Both the position numbers and the translations under genes were made by a program. Shown one piece after another: positions 8,539 through 17,400 of a stretch of DNA of 30,137 bases; the stretch's first letter is position 1, and each line of letters begins with the position of its first letter. Source of the stretch: an uncultured virus (IMG/VR IMGVR_UViG_3300034520_000374) (lineage: Duplodnaviria > Heunggongvirae > Uroviricota > Caudoviricetes). Under the pieces are notes generated by a model. The model was not told the origin of the DNA, searched no databases, and saw only the letters and a list, made by a program, of their open reading frames with translations. Where the stretch lies: the IMG/VR virus record IMGVR_UViG_3300034520_000374. One strand, given 5' to 3'.

Positions 8539-9762
8539 ATGAAAGTATCTTTAAGCGCACTGATAAATGCAGTTTATAAGGTAGGAGCTTTTACAGAAGG
8601 CCAGAAGAGCATCCCTGGTGTGCTGTTTGACATCAGAACTGATGAGTTTCGCGTTTGTTATTCTGACGGGCGTAAAGCTATCATCTCTAAGCTACCTTTG
8701 GTGAACGAGGAAGGATTTGAAGGTAAGTTAGTTATACCCTGGAATAATCTTTTAGCAGTGATTAATGCCAATCAGCCAAAAGGTATGATTTTTACCGATG
8801 AAATTGAGCTTGTCATTGGAGATGGCGTAATAGTAGTTGAGGCTGACAAGAAGATTAAAGTAAAGAGCAGTGAGGATGAAGTAGTAGACAAAGTAGTTTC
8901 CAGGCTGTCACAGAAGATGGTGTACCATAAGACTGAGGAAAGTGTCAAGTACGGTATATTAACTCGTGTGGATTATGATAGTATCTTTGAAAGTGCCGAT
9001 TTCGACCTTTGGGACAAAGAGACATTTAGGAGTATGCTTAGCAGGGCGTCTTCCGATAAGCTTGGCATGAGTTATATTTCATCATCCAGGCAGGCTTGCT
9101 TTGCAATCAACGTGGCTTTTGTAACGAACATTCCTATTGATGAGCAGATTTCGTTTGGGTTTACTGTATCGGCAGCACTTGCATCAGCAATCGTGAATAT
9201 TCTATCCAAGACACCTGGGGATAAGGTTCGCATAAGCGTATCGGAGAATAGGTACATGAACATCGTATCGGATGATGCAACCACAGGAATTTGGTTCGAG
9301 ATGCCTCCAGGGAATAAATCCGACCTAGCAGTACTCAGCAGTTTTGAAGGTAAGGAATATAACAAGTACAGGATGGCGTTCTGCAGACCAGTATTGGAGA
9401 ACGTGCTCGAGTGCATTATAAGCTCCGACAATAACGAGAAGGTAGAAATGAGTTTAACAGACATTAACGAAGGAGAGCCAGCAATAAGAATCTCAACTAC
9501 GAGCAGCGGAGCATCAATGGGCAATGATTTCAGGGTTGTGATTGAGCATCTGGTGGATAATGTCGGCGATGTAAAAGACCTGAAGCTGCCGATTAATCTT
9601 AAGGTGCTTAAGGATATGGTTAACAACTGCATCGAGATGTATATTGTGTTTGACATTGCAAAAGACGATAGAGGCACCTACTTAAGGGTTGGGGATATCG
9701 TTGGTGCAGGTGAAAATGACCTTAAATTAGGTACCATTCACTACACCATGATTGGAAAGTAG
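8539..9762 (+). CDS. DNA sliding clamp (DNA polymerase III beta-like)
   Basis: 407 aa. N-terminus KVSLSALINAVYKV..IPGVLFDI..FRVCYSDG..EGKLVIPWNNLLAVI follows the beta-clamp domain I pattern; AFCRPVLENVL and INLKVLKDMV follow domain III. Replication context. Confidence 0.7.
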   Translation: MKVSLSALINAVYKVGAFTEGQKSIPGVLFDIRTDEFRVCYSDGRKAIISKLPLVNEEGFEGKLVIPWNNLLAVINANQPKGMIFTDEIELVIGDGVIVVEADKKIKVKSSEDEVVDKVVSRLSQKMVYHKTEESVKYGILTRVDYDSIFESADFDLWDKETFRSMLSRASSDKLGMSYISSSRQACFAINVAFVTNIPIDEQISFGFTVSAALASAIVNILSKTPGDKVRISVSENRYMNIVSDDATTGIWFEMPPGNKSDLAVLSSFEGKEYNKYRMAFCRPVLENVLECIISSDNNEKVEMSLTDINEGEPAIRISTTSSGASMGNDFRVVIEHLVDNVGDVKDLKLPINLKVLKDMVNNCIEMYIVFDIAKDDRGTYLRVGDIVGAGENDLKLGTIHYTMIGK

Positions 9763-9775
9763 AGCAAGCAGTGAG

Positions 9776-9810
9776 AAATAGCAGGCTACATCTATAGCCT
9801 GCTATTTTTA
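9776..9810 (+). terminator. Rho-independent terminator
   Basis: AAATAGCAGGCTA-CATCTA-TAGCCTGCTATTT followed by T-rich sequence. Confidence 0.85.
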
Positions 9811-9844
9811 TATATTTTTGCTACATGTAAATGACAAGTTAGCG

Positions 9845-9873
9845 ATGTCACCATACGCTAAAGTATTTATAGT
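9845..9873 (+). promoter_or_regulatory. Possible sigmaA-like promoter
   Basis: ATGTCA-N17-TATAGT between the terminator and the GGGAGGT RBS of ORF 9902. Confidence 0.35.
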
Positions 9874-9901
9874 GTAAAAACGAATTTGGGAGGTATAGCG
9901 T

Positions 9902-10294
9902 ATGGTGAGCTTTATTTATGGGGTTTTATCCTTTGTAGCTATAGCTGGAGTGTCCTGTTGGGTTAGTGCCTGCATCATGAGGGTCGAGCACGAGATTGCT
10001 AAGGGCAAGGGTATAGGGCGTATAGGTAAAAATAGAATAAGGGGTATAATTTGGAAAGAAATCAAGAGGGGCTTTACGGTAGCTTTCTTTGGCATGTGGA
10101 TTTCTCTTGAGTACCTTATGAAGTGTAATCATCCAGACCATATTCTTGGAAGTATGCTGTTGAATTTGAACGTAGCAAAAATTATCGAGTTGCCTATGGC
10201 CATTGTATCAGGCATTTTGTGTGTGCTATTTACTGTAGCAGGGTATTACATCTACATGGAAATGGAGGAGAGAACTCATGCCCATCAAAGATAG
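9902..10294 (+). CDS. Small membrane protein (about 3 TM segments)
   Basis: GGGAGGT RBS; three hydrophobic segments; overlaps the start of Rad50-C. Confidence 0.8.
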   Translation: MVSFIYGVLSFVAIAGVSCWVSACIMRVEHEIAKGKGIGRIGKNRIRGIIWKEIKRGFTVAFFGMWISLEYLMKCNHPDHILGSMLLNLNVAKIIELPMAIVSGILCVLFTVAGYYIYMEMEERTHAHQR

Positions 10295-10961
10295 GGTGTC
10301 AGAATTTATTAATCAGGTTGACGAGCTGGAGGTACGCCAGCTCGCCAATATAAAGACAAAGGAGAAGCTTGAGAAAAGTGTGCAGAGGCTCATTGAGGAG
10401 TCTAAGGTTACAGCAGAAGAATTAGAGATAGTCACTAACGCAGTAAATATTTTACACCAGATAAGTGATGAGGCCATTCAGAAGTCGTACGAGTTTATTG
10501 CGGAAAACATAAACGCAGCTCTAGAGCGCATATTCACAAACACTACTCGTCGGATAAGGCTCAAGGAATATACGAGGGGGCAATATCCACAGCTTGAAGT
10601 TGAATTAATCGTTGAAGGCGGCAAGACAAGGTCGTTGCGGGCGGATAGCGGTCACGGTATCATGCAAATTATATCGCTACTTTGCATACTTTGCATAATC
10701 GTAATAACAAAAAGCAGAAGGACGCTGTGGATTGACGAGATACTTTCAGGGCTGTCGGCTAATTCGAGAATGATTATTGACGAAATACTCTGGAGCTTTG
10801 CCGAAATAGGCTTCCAATTCGTTATTTCAGAACACGGCTTCGTGCCCAAAGGAGCCAAAGTCTACAAGCTAAAAATGGAAAACGGAATCAGTAGGATTGA
10901 AGACGAATACATCGAACAGGACGGTGTATACCTTGACCTCAGCGGTAATTCGGTAAATTAA
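10278..10961 (+). CDS. Rad50/SbcC-like ATPase, C-terminal half
   Basis: ~80-aa coiled coil, ABC-signature-like DSGHG (10644-10658), Walker B/D-loop LWIDEILSGLS, H-loop ISEH; no Walker A; GGAGGAG RBS. Confidence 0.88.
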   Translation: MPIKDRVSEFINQVDELEVRQLANIKTKEKLEKSVQRLIEESKVTAEELEIVTNAVNILHQISDEAIQKSYEFIAENINAALERIFTNTTRRIRLKEYTRGQYPQLEVELIVEGGKTRSLRADSGHGIMQIISLLCILCIIVITKSRRTLWIDEILSGLSANSRMIIDEILWSFAEIGFQFVISEHGFVPKGAKVYKLKMENGISRIEDEYIEQDGVYLDLSGNSVN

Positions 10962-10983
10962 CATATCGTGGAATGGCGGTGGT

Positions 10984-11178
10984 GTGATGGCTAAAAAGGC
11001 AGTTAACAAGGGTAAAGTTAGCAAGAAAAAGAAAAGCGGTGTCATGGGTGTATTAATGAGTAACAAGAAACTCAGGTATATGGCATCGCTAAAGCCATTA
11101 GTTTACATGACGTATCTGCTTTACGGGATACTGGCTTTGACAGCAATAGGAATCCTCATTAGTGTGATTAGGAAGTGA
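10984..11178 (+). CDS. Small membrane protein with basic N-terminus
   Basis: Lys-rich N-terminus and C-terminal TM helix; GGCGGTGG RBS-like site. Confidence 0.7.
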   Translation: MMAKKAVNKGKVSKKKKSGVMGVLMSNKKLRYMASLKPLVYMTYLLYGILALTAIGILISVIRK

Positions 11179-11182
11179 GCCA

Positions 11183-11485
11183 ATGGACACAGAATTAATA
11201 CCTTTAGAGGTGATGCGGGATATCCTTGGTTTGGGGCTGGTTTTACTGTATTTTTTAATTCCAACTATTGTAGTGGTAACCACTGCGGCAACTATCAGAT
11301 ACTATAACAGAGTTCTAAAGAGCAAGCCAAACAAGGCAAAGACACATAGCAGTAAACCAAAAGAGGCGAATAAATTTGATAAAGGCAACGTTGTAGAAGT
11401 AGAGGACAGCGGTAACAGTGTTGAGGTTGAGGTAAGTGGGCTTAAATTAGATTTTGATGAGCATGGAAAAATATCAAAGAAGTAG
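11183..11485 (+). CDS. Single-pass membrane protein
   Basis: N-terminal TM segment ILGLGLVLLYFLIPTIVVV and hydrophilic tail; AGGAAG RBS. Confidence 0.75.
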   Translation: MDTELIPLEVMRDILGLGLVLLYFLIPTIVVVTTAATIRYYNRVLKSKPNKAKTHSSKPKEANKFDKGNVVEVEDSGNSVEVEVSGLKLDFDEHGKISKK

Positions 11486-11519
11486 TATAAATAGGCTAAT
11501 GTATAAGGGGGTCAGTAAA

Positions 11520-14500
11520 TTGTATTACGAAAGGCAGAAGCTTGTAGACAAATATGCCAATAAGCTACTTAAGGTCTTAAACAACATACTGCCTAAGTTG
11601 CCCAATGAGGCAGAGTTCAGAAGGCATGTAGATAGGCTTATAGATGACTTCAGACAAGAAGCAGGATTACCAGAATTCAATAACATGGTTGAATTCACAA
11701 TAGGTTCAGGACGAGCGGATTCGGTTCTACATCGTGTAATAATTGAATACGAGCGTCCAGGAACACTTACACCAGACTTAAAAGACAGGACAACAGCACA
11801 TGCAGTCGGGCAAGCCGAGCAGTATATCAAGGAACTTTCGGAAAAGCTAGCCTTCTCAGGCAGGTACATGAGTGCCATAATTACGGATGGCTATTACATC
11901 ATATTCGCTCGGTGGCGTGAAGGCAGGTTTTATGTAGACCCACCAATTAAGTTGCACTTCCAGTCGGCACGCCAGCTCTTTAGTGTACTTGACGGTTTAT
12001 CAGTAAGTTTGCCATTAACTGTTGACAATCTATACGCTGACTTTAATTTAGAGAACCCTCGTGCAAGAAGAATCATTAGAAATCTTTACGATGGCTTTAA
12101 GGAAAATCTAGACAACGATAAGAAAATAGTTGAGCTACTATTCAAGCAATGGCGGTTATACTTTAGCGAAGCTATTGATGCCGATAAAATATTTAGTGAG
12201 AACTTCAGCAGTATTCGGGATTGGGCACGGAGTGCAGGTATTGAGCTCAAGAACTCCAGGGATGCGGAGCATTTCATTTTCATCATGAACACGTACTTCT
12301 CCTTACTTGCGAAATTTCTTGCCTACGCATCACTTGTAAGGCACATGTACAGCATATTTGGTGCACCGATGTTTGAGAGGCTGGCTACACTTGATTCGGA
12401 TTTGCTGTACGAGGAGATGCTTAGGATTGAGTCCGGCGAGCATTACAGGAGGCTCGGCATCAATAACCTCCTGGAAGGGGAATTAATGATTTGGTATATA
12501 AAGGGTTGGAACAAGCATGTAGAGTCAGCCATTCGCGATATGGTTCAGCGTCTGAGTGAATACGACCCTGGGACGTTGTCAATTATACCTGAAGAAACAC
12601 GAGACCTTTTCAAGGGACTTTACCACAGAATTATACCGAGAGAAGTTCGGCATGCACTTGGTGAGTATTACACGCCAGACTGGCTGGCTCAGCATACATT
12701 GCTTTGTGCAGATGAGGAGTTCTTCATATCAGATGATTACGCAAGGCTACGGGATAAGCTTCTCACAAAGCGTTGGCTTGACCCAGCATGCGGTTCTGGA
12801 ACATTCTTAATTATGGTAATTAAGCGCATGAAGGAAATAGGTAGGCAGCTAAATATAGACGATGGAACACTGCTAGACATCATTACGCATAATGTGGTTG
12901 GCTTTGACATTAACCCATTGGCAGTTCTTGTGTCAAGGGTAAACTATATACTCGCAATACAGGATTTACTACATGCAAGAAAGCATGAGGTAAACATTCC
13001 AGTTTATTTGACGGATTCTATTCTGATGTGTGCAGTTAAAGAGGGCATTGTCAGCAATACTCACGGAGACATTAGAGTATACAACATGCCACTTGTATTA
13101 AAGACATTTGAATTACCGGAGGTAATTTGCAAAGATAGAAGATTCGATGAGTTTACTCTGATTTTAGAGGGTTGTATAGATAACGAGTACCCAACAGAAA
13201 GCTTCCTTGGACGTGTGAAGAAAGGGCTTGGTTTAGGTGAAGATGAATTTAATCCAGTAGTTGAAGCTCTTCTACAAGATTTGTATGATGTAATGCTCAG
13301 ATACCATAAGAGGAACATGAACGGTATTTGGGCAAGGCTCTTGAAGAACAATTTTGCACCAATAGCGGAGGAACAATTCGATTATATTATGGGTAACCCA
13401 CCTTGGGTAGCGTGGAAGAACTTGCCCAGCATGTACAGGGATAGTGAAAAGGCATTCAGAGATATATGGGACTATTACGGTTTACTGGAGTTTGATGGGA
13501 AAATAAATGTTAGCATAGGGAGCAAGCAAGCTGACTTATCGTTTCTGATGACTTACGCTGTCGCAGATGCTATGCTTAAGAATGGCGGAAAACTTGCTTT
13601 TGTTATACCACAGTCAGCTTTTAGGGCACATGGAGGTTATGGATTCAGACAATTCAAGATTAGGAAAGGTAACGGTTATATACCTCTAAAAATTGAAGGT
13701 GTGGACGATTTAACCAGCATGCAACCTTTTGAAGACGCATCCACATTCACTTGTGTGTTTTCAATGGTCAAAGGAGAAAGCACTGAATATCCTGTTAGAT
13801 ACTTCGTGTGGCATAGGGACGGAGCAATAGACTATAACTTAAGCCTCGAGGAGATTAAAAGCAGGTGCACAATAGGGGAGTGCACGGCAATTCCATCAGA
13901 TGTAGAGGATGAGCAATCACGTTGGGTAATTACTAGTGATGATGGGCAAGCTATAAGCAAATTGCTCAAGAGCTCTTATTATGATGCTCATAAAGGAGCT
14001 ATGACGTTAGCAAATGCAGTATACTGGGTAGATATATTGGAAACCAGACCTGATGGTGCTCTTATCATAAGTAATTCCACAAAAGGTAGTAAGATTGAGG
14101 TAGACCAAGTAACGGTAGACATAGAAGCAGAATTCATTTACCCGTTGATACGTGGTAAGGACATAGGATACTACGGAGTAAAGGTTGATAAGCATATAGT
14201 ATTTCCGTACGACGATAGCGGTGTAGTACCACTGAGTAAAATGCAGATAGACTATCCAAAAACTTATAGGTACTTCAAAAAATTTGAGGAGATTCTTTTG
14301 AAACGACCAGACGTGATAACAGGATTATGTAAGAAAGGCTTTCCATTTTACGTGTGCTACTCTGCTAAGGATATAATTTCTGAGTGGAAGGTGGCAATGT
14401 CCAGAGTGGGTAGTGTTAGGGCAGCAGCTATAAGCAAATTGAACGGAAAGGTTTTCATCTTAGACTCTGGTGTAACCTATGTTAGCTGCAGTGATGAAAA

Positions 14501-15041
14501 TGAGGCTTATTACTTGGCAGGCATGATAAATTCTTCGATATTTCAAGCATTGGTGAACTCAAAAATAAACAAGGAGGTAAACGTTGGTTACCCAAGGATA
14601 CTTAAAGAATATTACATCCCAACATTCAATCCATCCAACGAGCTCCACCTCAAGATGGCTGAGCTCTCCAAGAAGGCTCACGAGGCCGCAGCAGTTAATG
14701 ATAAGGAAACCTTACTGTCTGTACAAAAAGAAGTTGATGAGACAGCAAGACAAATTTGGGGCTTAACGGAAGAAGAAGCCGTCGGCATAATAGCTACCTC
14801 CAGAATAAACCTTGCTGAGCAGCTGGAGAAAGAGCTGAGTGGAGAAGATGGAGAGGCACAGGAAGATATGGTGGAAGACGCAGATGAAAATGCCGATAAA
14901 TCTGAGGTTCAAGTTGTAGAAGAGCCTAAGAAACCTAGAAGAAAACGTGGCAACAGCTCCAGCAAACCTAAGAGGTCAAAGCTTGATACGTTGATGGGCT
15001 TCTATGACGCTATATCAAAGTTAAATGACTCTGACAAGTAG
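11520..15041 (+). CDS. Type IIG/IIL-like restriction-modification fusion (N6-adenine methyltransferase with N-terminal PD-(D/E)xK-like domain and C-terminal TRD)
   Basis: Motif X LGEYYTPDWLA, motif I LDPACGSGTFL, motif IV GNPPW, GGKLAFVIP, TRD-like PLIRGKDI..YYLAGMINS; N-terminal GRADS..IIEYERP. RBS AAGGGGGT favours TTG 11520 over 11454. Confidence 0.9.
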   Translation: MYYERQKLVDKYANKLLKVLNNILPKLPNEAEFRRHVDRLIDDFRQEAGLPEFNNMVEFTIGSGRADSVLHRVIIEYERPGTLTPDLKDRTTAHAVGQAEQYIKELSEKLAFSGRYMSAIITDGYYIIFARWREGRFYVDPPIKLHFQSARQLFSVLDGLSVSLPLTVDNLYADFNLENPRARRIIRNLYDGFKENLDNDKKIVELLFKQWRLYFSEAIDADKIFSENFSSIRDWARSAGIELKNSRDAEHFIFIMNTYFSLLAKFLAYASLVRHMYSIFGAPMFERLATLDSDLLYEEMLRIESGEHYRRLGINNLLEGELMIWYIKGWNKHVESAIRDMVQRLSEYDPGTLSIIPEETRDLFKGLYHRIIPREVRHALGEYYTPDWLAQHTLLCADEEFFISDDYARLRDKLLTKRWLDPACGSGTFLIMVIKRMKEIGRQLNIDDGTLLDIITHNVVGFDINPLAVLVSRVNYILAIQDLLHARKHEVNIPVYLTDSILMCAVKEGIVSNTHGDIRVYNMPLVLKTFELPEVICKDRRFDEFTLILEGCIDNEYPTESFLGRVKKGLGLGEDEFNPVVEALLQDLYDVMLRYHKRNMNGIWARLLKNNFAPIAEEQFDYIMGNPPWVAWKNLPSMYRDSEKAFRDIWDYYGLLEFDGKINVSIGSKQADLSFLMTYAVADAMLKNGGKLAFVIPQSAFRAHGGYGFRQFKIRKGNGYIPLKIEGVDDLTSMQPFEDASTFTCVFSMVKGESTEYPVRYFVWHRDGAIDYNLSLEEIKSRCTIGECTAIPSDVEDEQSRWVITSDDGQAISKLLKSSYYDAHKGAMTLANAVYWVDILETRPDGALIISNSTKGSKIEVDQVTVDIEAEFIYPLIRGKDIGYYGVKVDKHIVFPYDDSGVVPLSKMQIDYPKTYRYFKKFEEILLKRPDVITGLCKKGFPFYVCYSAKDIISEWKVAMSRVGSVRAAAISKLNGKVFILDSGVTYVSCSDENEAYYLAGMINSSIFQALVNSKINKEVNVGYPRILKEYYIPTFNPSNELHLKMAELSKKAHEAAAVNDKETLLSVQKEVDETARQIWGLTEEEAVGIIATSRINLAEQLEKELSGEDGEAQEDMVEDADENADKSEVQVVEEPKKPRRKRGNSSSKPKRSKLDTLMGFYDAISKLNDSDK

Positions 15042-15046
15042 GTAGG

Positions 15047-15084
15047 TATAGCAAAGCGGGGGTGTATACCTCCGCTTTGCTGTA
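15047..15084 (+). terminator. Strong intergenic hairpin without a U-tract
   Basis: TATAGCAAAGCGGGGGT-GTAT-ACCTCCGCTTTGCTGTA, directly before the next RBS. Confidence 0.5.
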
Positions 15085-15100
15085 ATCAGGAGGGGGCACC

Positions 15101-16279
15101 ATGGAGAACATAAAGGAGGTAGCTTACAAAATCATACCAGCACTAATAGTAACGATAGTAATATATGGTTTAGTGGCATTTTCTGACATTCCAGGCATAA
15201 AAGATTTGCGCGAGCTCTACATCGAAACAGCTATGTCAACCATGACAAAGCAGTGGTTGGCATACATATTTCCCAAGTCTGTCGTGAACGAAGTTATTGC
15301 AAAGCGTGACCAACAGACTGAACAAATAAATCAAATAGTAGAAATGTGGAAAAATGTGAAGTTATTCAACAGCGCAACAGCACAAGCTACAACTTTTGAC
15401 ACAGATGTGAGCAACGAACAAAGCTTCTTTAAGACATTCTGGGAAATAGACAGAGGCAGTTGGAGCAACTACATTGCAACTCATCCTGAAGTCATCGAGA
15501 ACGGCTATAACGAAATTTACATCAACGATATAGAAAATAATGCGGACAGGTTGAAAACTATATTTGGTGAAGAGGTTTTAGTATTGGACGTCAAAAACAA
15601 TTTATTAATCGTGAAAGTGAAGGGAGGGGAATTTGAAGGTAGATTAGCCATAGTGAAAGACCCAAGGCAGGTCAGGGTAGCAGTGTCATCTAAATTGGGC
15701 AAGGAAGGGCAGTTTGTAAATGAGCTTGTGGAGGAAAACAACGCATTAGTAGGTGTAAACGCTAGCGGTTTTGCTGATTACGGTGGTCACGGCAATGGAG
15801 GTACAGTTATGGGATTGTTAGTATCTCAGGGTAAAGTTTATAATAAACCTCTTGGCGGAGAGTATACCATGATAGGATTTGACAGGGATAACAACCTCAG
15901 GGTAGGCAAGTTCGATGACATCTCAATGTTCAGGGACGCAGTAGAATTCAGACCTGCCTTAATCGTAAACGGAGAAAAGGTTGTCAAGGACTCAGCAGGT
16001 TGGGGTTTACAGCCAAGGACGGCAATAGGTCAATCACGTAAAGGTGAAGTGATGTTACTTGTAATTGATGGAAGGCAAGTAGGGTATAGTATAGGAGCCA
16101 CAATGGAAGACTGCGCAGACATCATGTTAAAGCATGAAGGCTTTACAGCTGCGGCGGTCGACGGCGGTTCAAGCTCAATCATGGTTTATAAAGGTAAAGT
16201 CCTCACAAAGCCTTCAAATGGTAACTGGAATGGCAGGAGGGTTCCAGATGGTTTCATAGTATTACCAAGTGTAAGGTAG
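15101..16279 (+). CDS. Membrane-anchored phosphodiester glycosidase family protein (NAGPA/DUF2233-like)
   Basis: N-terminal TM segment; GVNASGF, PALIVNG, QPRTAIGQ, VIDGRQ, AVDGGSSS motifs. Confidence 0.9.
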   Translation: MENIKEVAYKIIPALIVTIVIYGLVAFSDIPGIKDLRELYIETAMSTMTKQWLAYIFPKSVVNEVIAKRDQQTEQINQIVEMWKNVKLFNSATAQATTFDTDVSNEQSFFKTFWEIDRGSWSNYIATHPEVIENGYNEIYINDIENNADRLKTIFGEEVLVLDVKNNLLIVKVKGGEFEGRLAIVKDPRQVRVAVSSKLGKEGQFVNELVEENNALVGVNASGFADYGGHGNGGTVMGLLVSQGKVYNKPLGGEYTMIGFDRDNNLRVGKFDDISMFRDAVEFRPALIVNGEKVVKDSAGWGLQPRTAIGQSRKGEVMLLVIDGRQVGYSIGATMEDCADIMLKHEGFTAAAVDGGSSSIMVYKGKVLTKPSNGNWNGRRVPDGFIVLPSVR

Positions 16280-16292
16280 GGGGTATGTACGT

Positions 16293-16490
16293 ATGATTAA
16301 ATGCGACAGTTGTTTCATGGAATTTCCAGCAGAGGTCATGAACCCAACAGTTCTAATTGGAAATAACCTGAAGATAATGTTCCTATGCCCAGTTTGCTAC
16401 GATAGGGTAGTTAGTATACATGCCGGTGCAGTAAGACGTCTTCCAATAACGCGAGAGCTTGTGAAATACATTAAAGAAAATTACAAATAG
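16293..16490 (+). CDS. Small zinc-finger protein
   Basis: CDSC...CPVC; GGGGGT RBS. Confidence 0.75.
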   Translation: MIKCDSCFMEFPAEVMNPTVLIGNNLKIMFLCPVCYDRVVSIHAGAVRRLPITRELVKYIKENYK

Positions 16491-16504
16491 CAAGGAGGAT
16501 TTCA

Positions 16505-17014
16505 ATGGGTGCTTACGGTTCGCCTGAATTACTACCAGTAGATGGTGGTGGAGAACTTGTAAAATGCAACTCTTGCGGCAACGAGTATTACAAGACAATG
16601 GCGAAATGCCCACAATGTGGTAGCTTCAACGTTGAAAATTGCAGGTATGCCGGATTTTGGTTGCGGTTTGTAGCGAATCTGGTCGACGGAGTAATTATAA
16701 CAGTTATCAGTGCAGTTTTAGAAGCAATACTTAAAGATGGTATATTGTATGCGATACTTTTAATACTTCCTTGGCTTTATTATGCCGGATTTGAGTCATC
16801 AGAATCAATGGCTACACCAGGAAAGAAACTCCTTAATATTAAAGTAGTCGACCTCAACGGCAACAGGATTTCATTCGGGAGGGCTACTGCAAGGCACTTT
16901 GGAAAAATACTATCAGCGTTAATACTTTATATAGGCTTCATAATGGCAGGTTTTACGAAACGCAAACAGGCACTACATGACATAATTGCGAAATGCTTAG
17001 TAATAAAAGTTTAA
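16505..17014 (+). CDS. RDD family membrane protein with N-terminal zinc ribbon
   Basis: CNSC..CPQC, YAGFWLRFVANLVD, ATPGKKLLNIKVV, KQALHDIIA; AAGGAGG RBS. Confidence 0.92.
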   Translation: MGAYGSPELLPVDGGGELVKCNSCGNEYYKTMAKCPQCGSFNVENCRYAGFWLRFVANLVDGVIITVISAVLEAILKDGILYAILLILPWLYYAGFESSESMATPGKKLLNIKVVDLNGNRISFGRATARHFGKILSALILYIGFIMAGFTKRKQALHDIIAKCLVIKV

Positions 17015-17067
17015 GGGTACAGAATGGATGGTCGCGAATCAAAACCTGTATACATGGAGGTGGGGCT

Positions 17068-17385
17068 ATGAAGAAGGTTTTCATCTGCTCACCATACAGA
17101 GGTAACATAGAGTTTAACAGGCAACGAGCTTTAGAATACTGCCGATACGCTGCAGTGAAGGGCTATTTACCTATAGCCCCTCACTTATATTTCACGCAAT
17201 TTCTCAGTGAGGACAATGATGAGCGCGACTTAGGAATTTCAATGGGCTTGGAATTAATGGATATATGCGACGAGGTATGGGTGTGTGGAGAACATATTTC
17301 AGAGGGCATGAGGATTGAGATAGAGTACGCGAAATCAGCACATAAACCTATTTATTATATAAATAAGGACACAAAAAGTCCATGA
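17068..17385 (+). CDS. DUF4406-like (nucleoside 2-deoxyribosyltransferase-fold) protein
   Basis: KVFICSPYRG, PIAPHLYFTQFL, CDEVWVCG..ISEGMRIEIEYA; GGAGGT RBS supports ATG 17068. Confidence 0.85.
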   Translation: MKKVFICSPYRGNIEFNRQRALEYCRYAAVKGYLPIAPHLYFTQFLSEDNDERDLGISMGLELMDICDEVWVCGEHISEGMRIEIEYAKSAHKPIYYINKDTKSP

Positions 17386-17400
17386 GGCATTCAAGAGATT

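Noticed and set aside
7124..10278. Intron or intein explanation for the split Rad50
   Set aside because: The interval contains four ordinary genes and a terminator; no intein or group I/II intron hallmarks; both halves have their own start and stop signals.
11486..11493. T4 late promoter TATAAATA (also near 17358 and 28106)
   Set aside because: A short AT-only motif expected by chance; it also occurs inside coding sequence; no gp55-like sigma factor is in the window.
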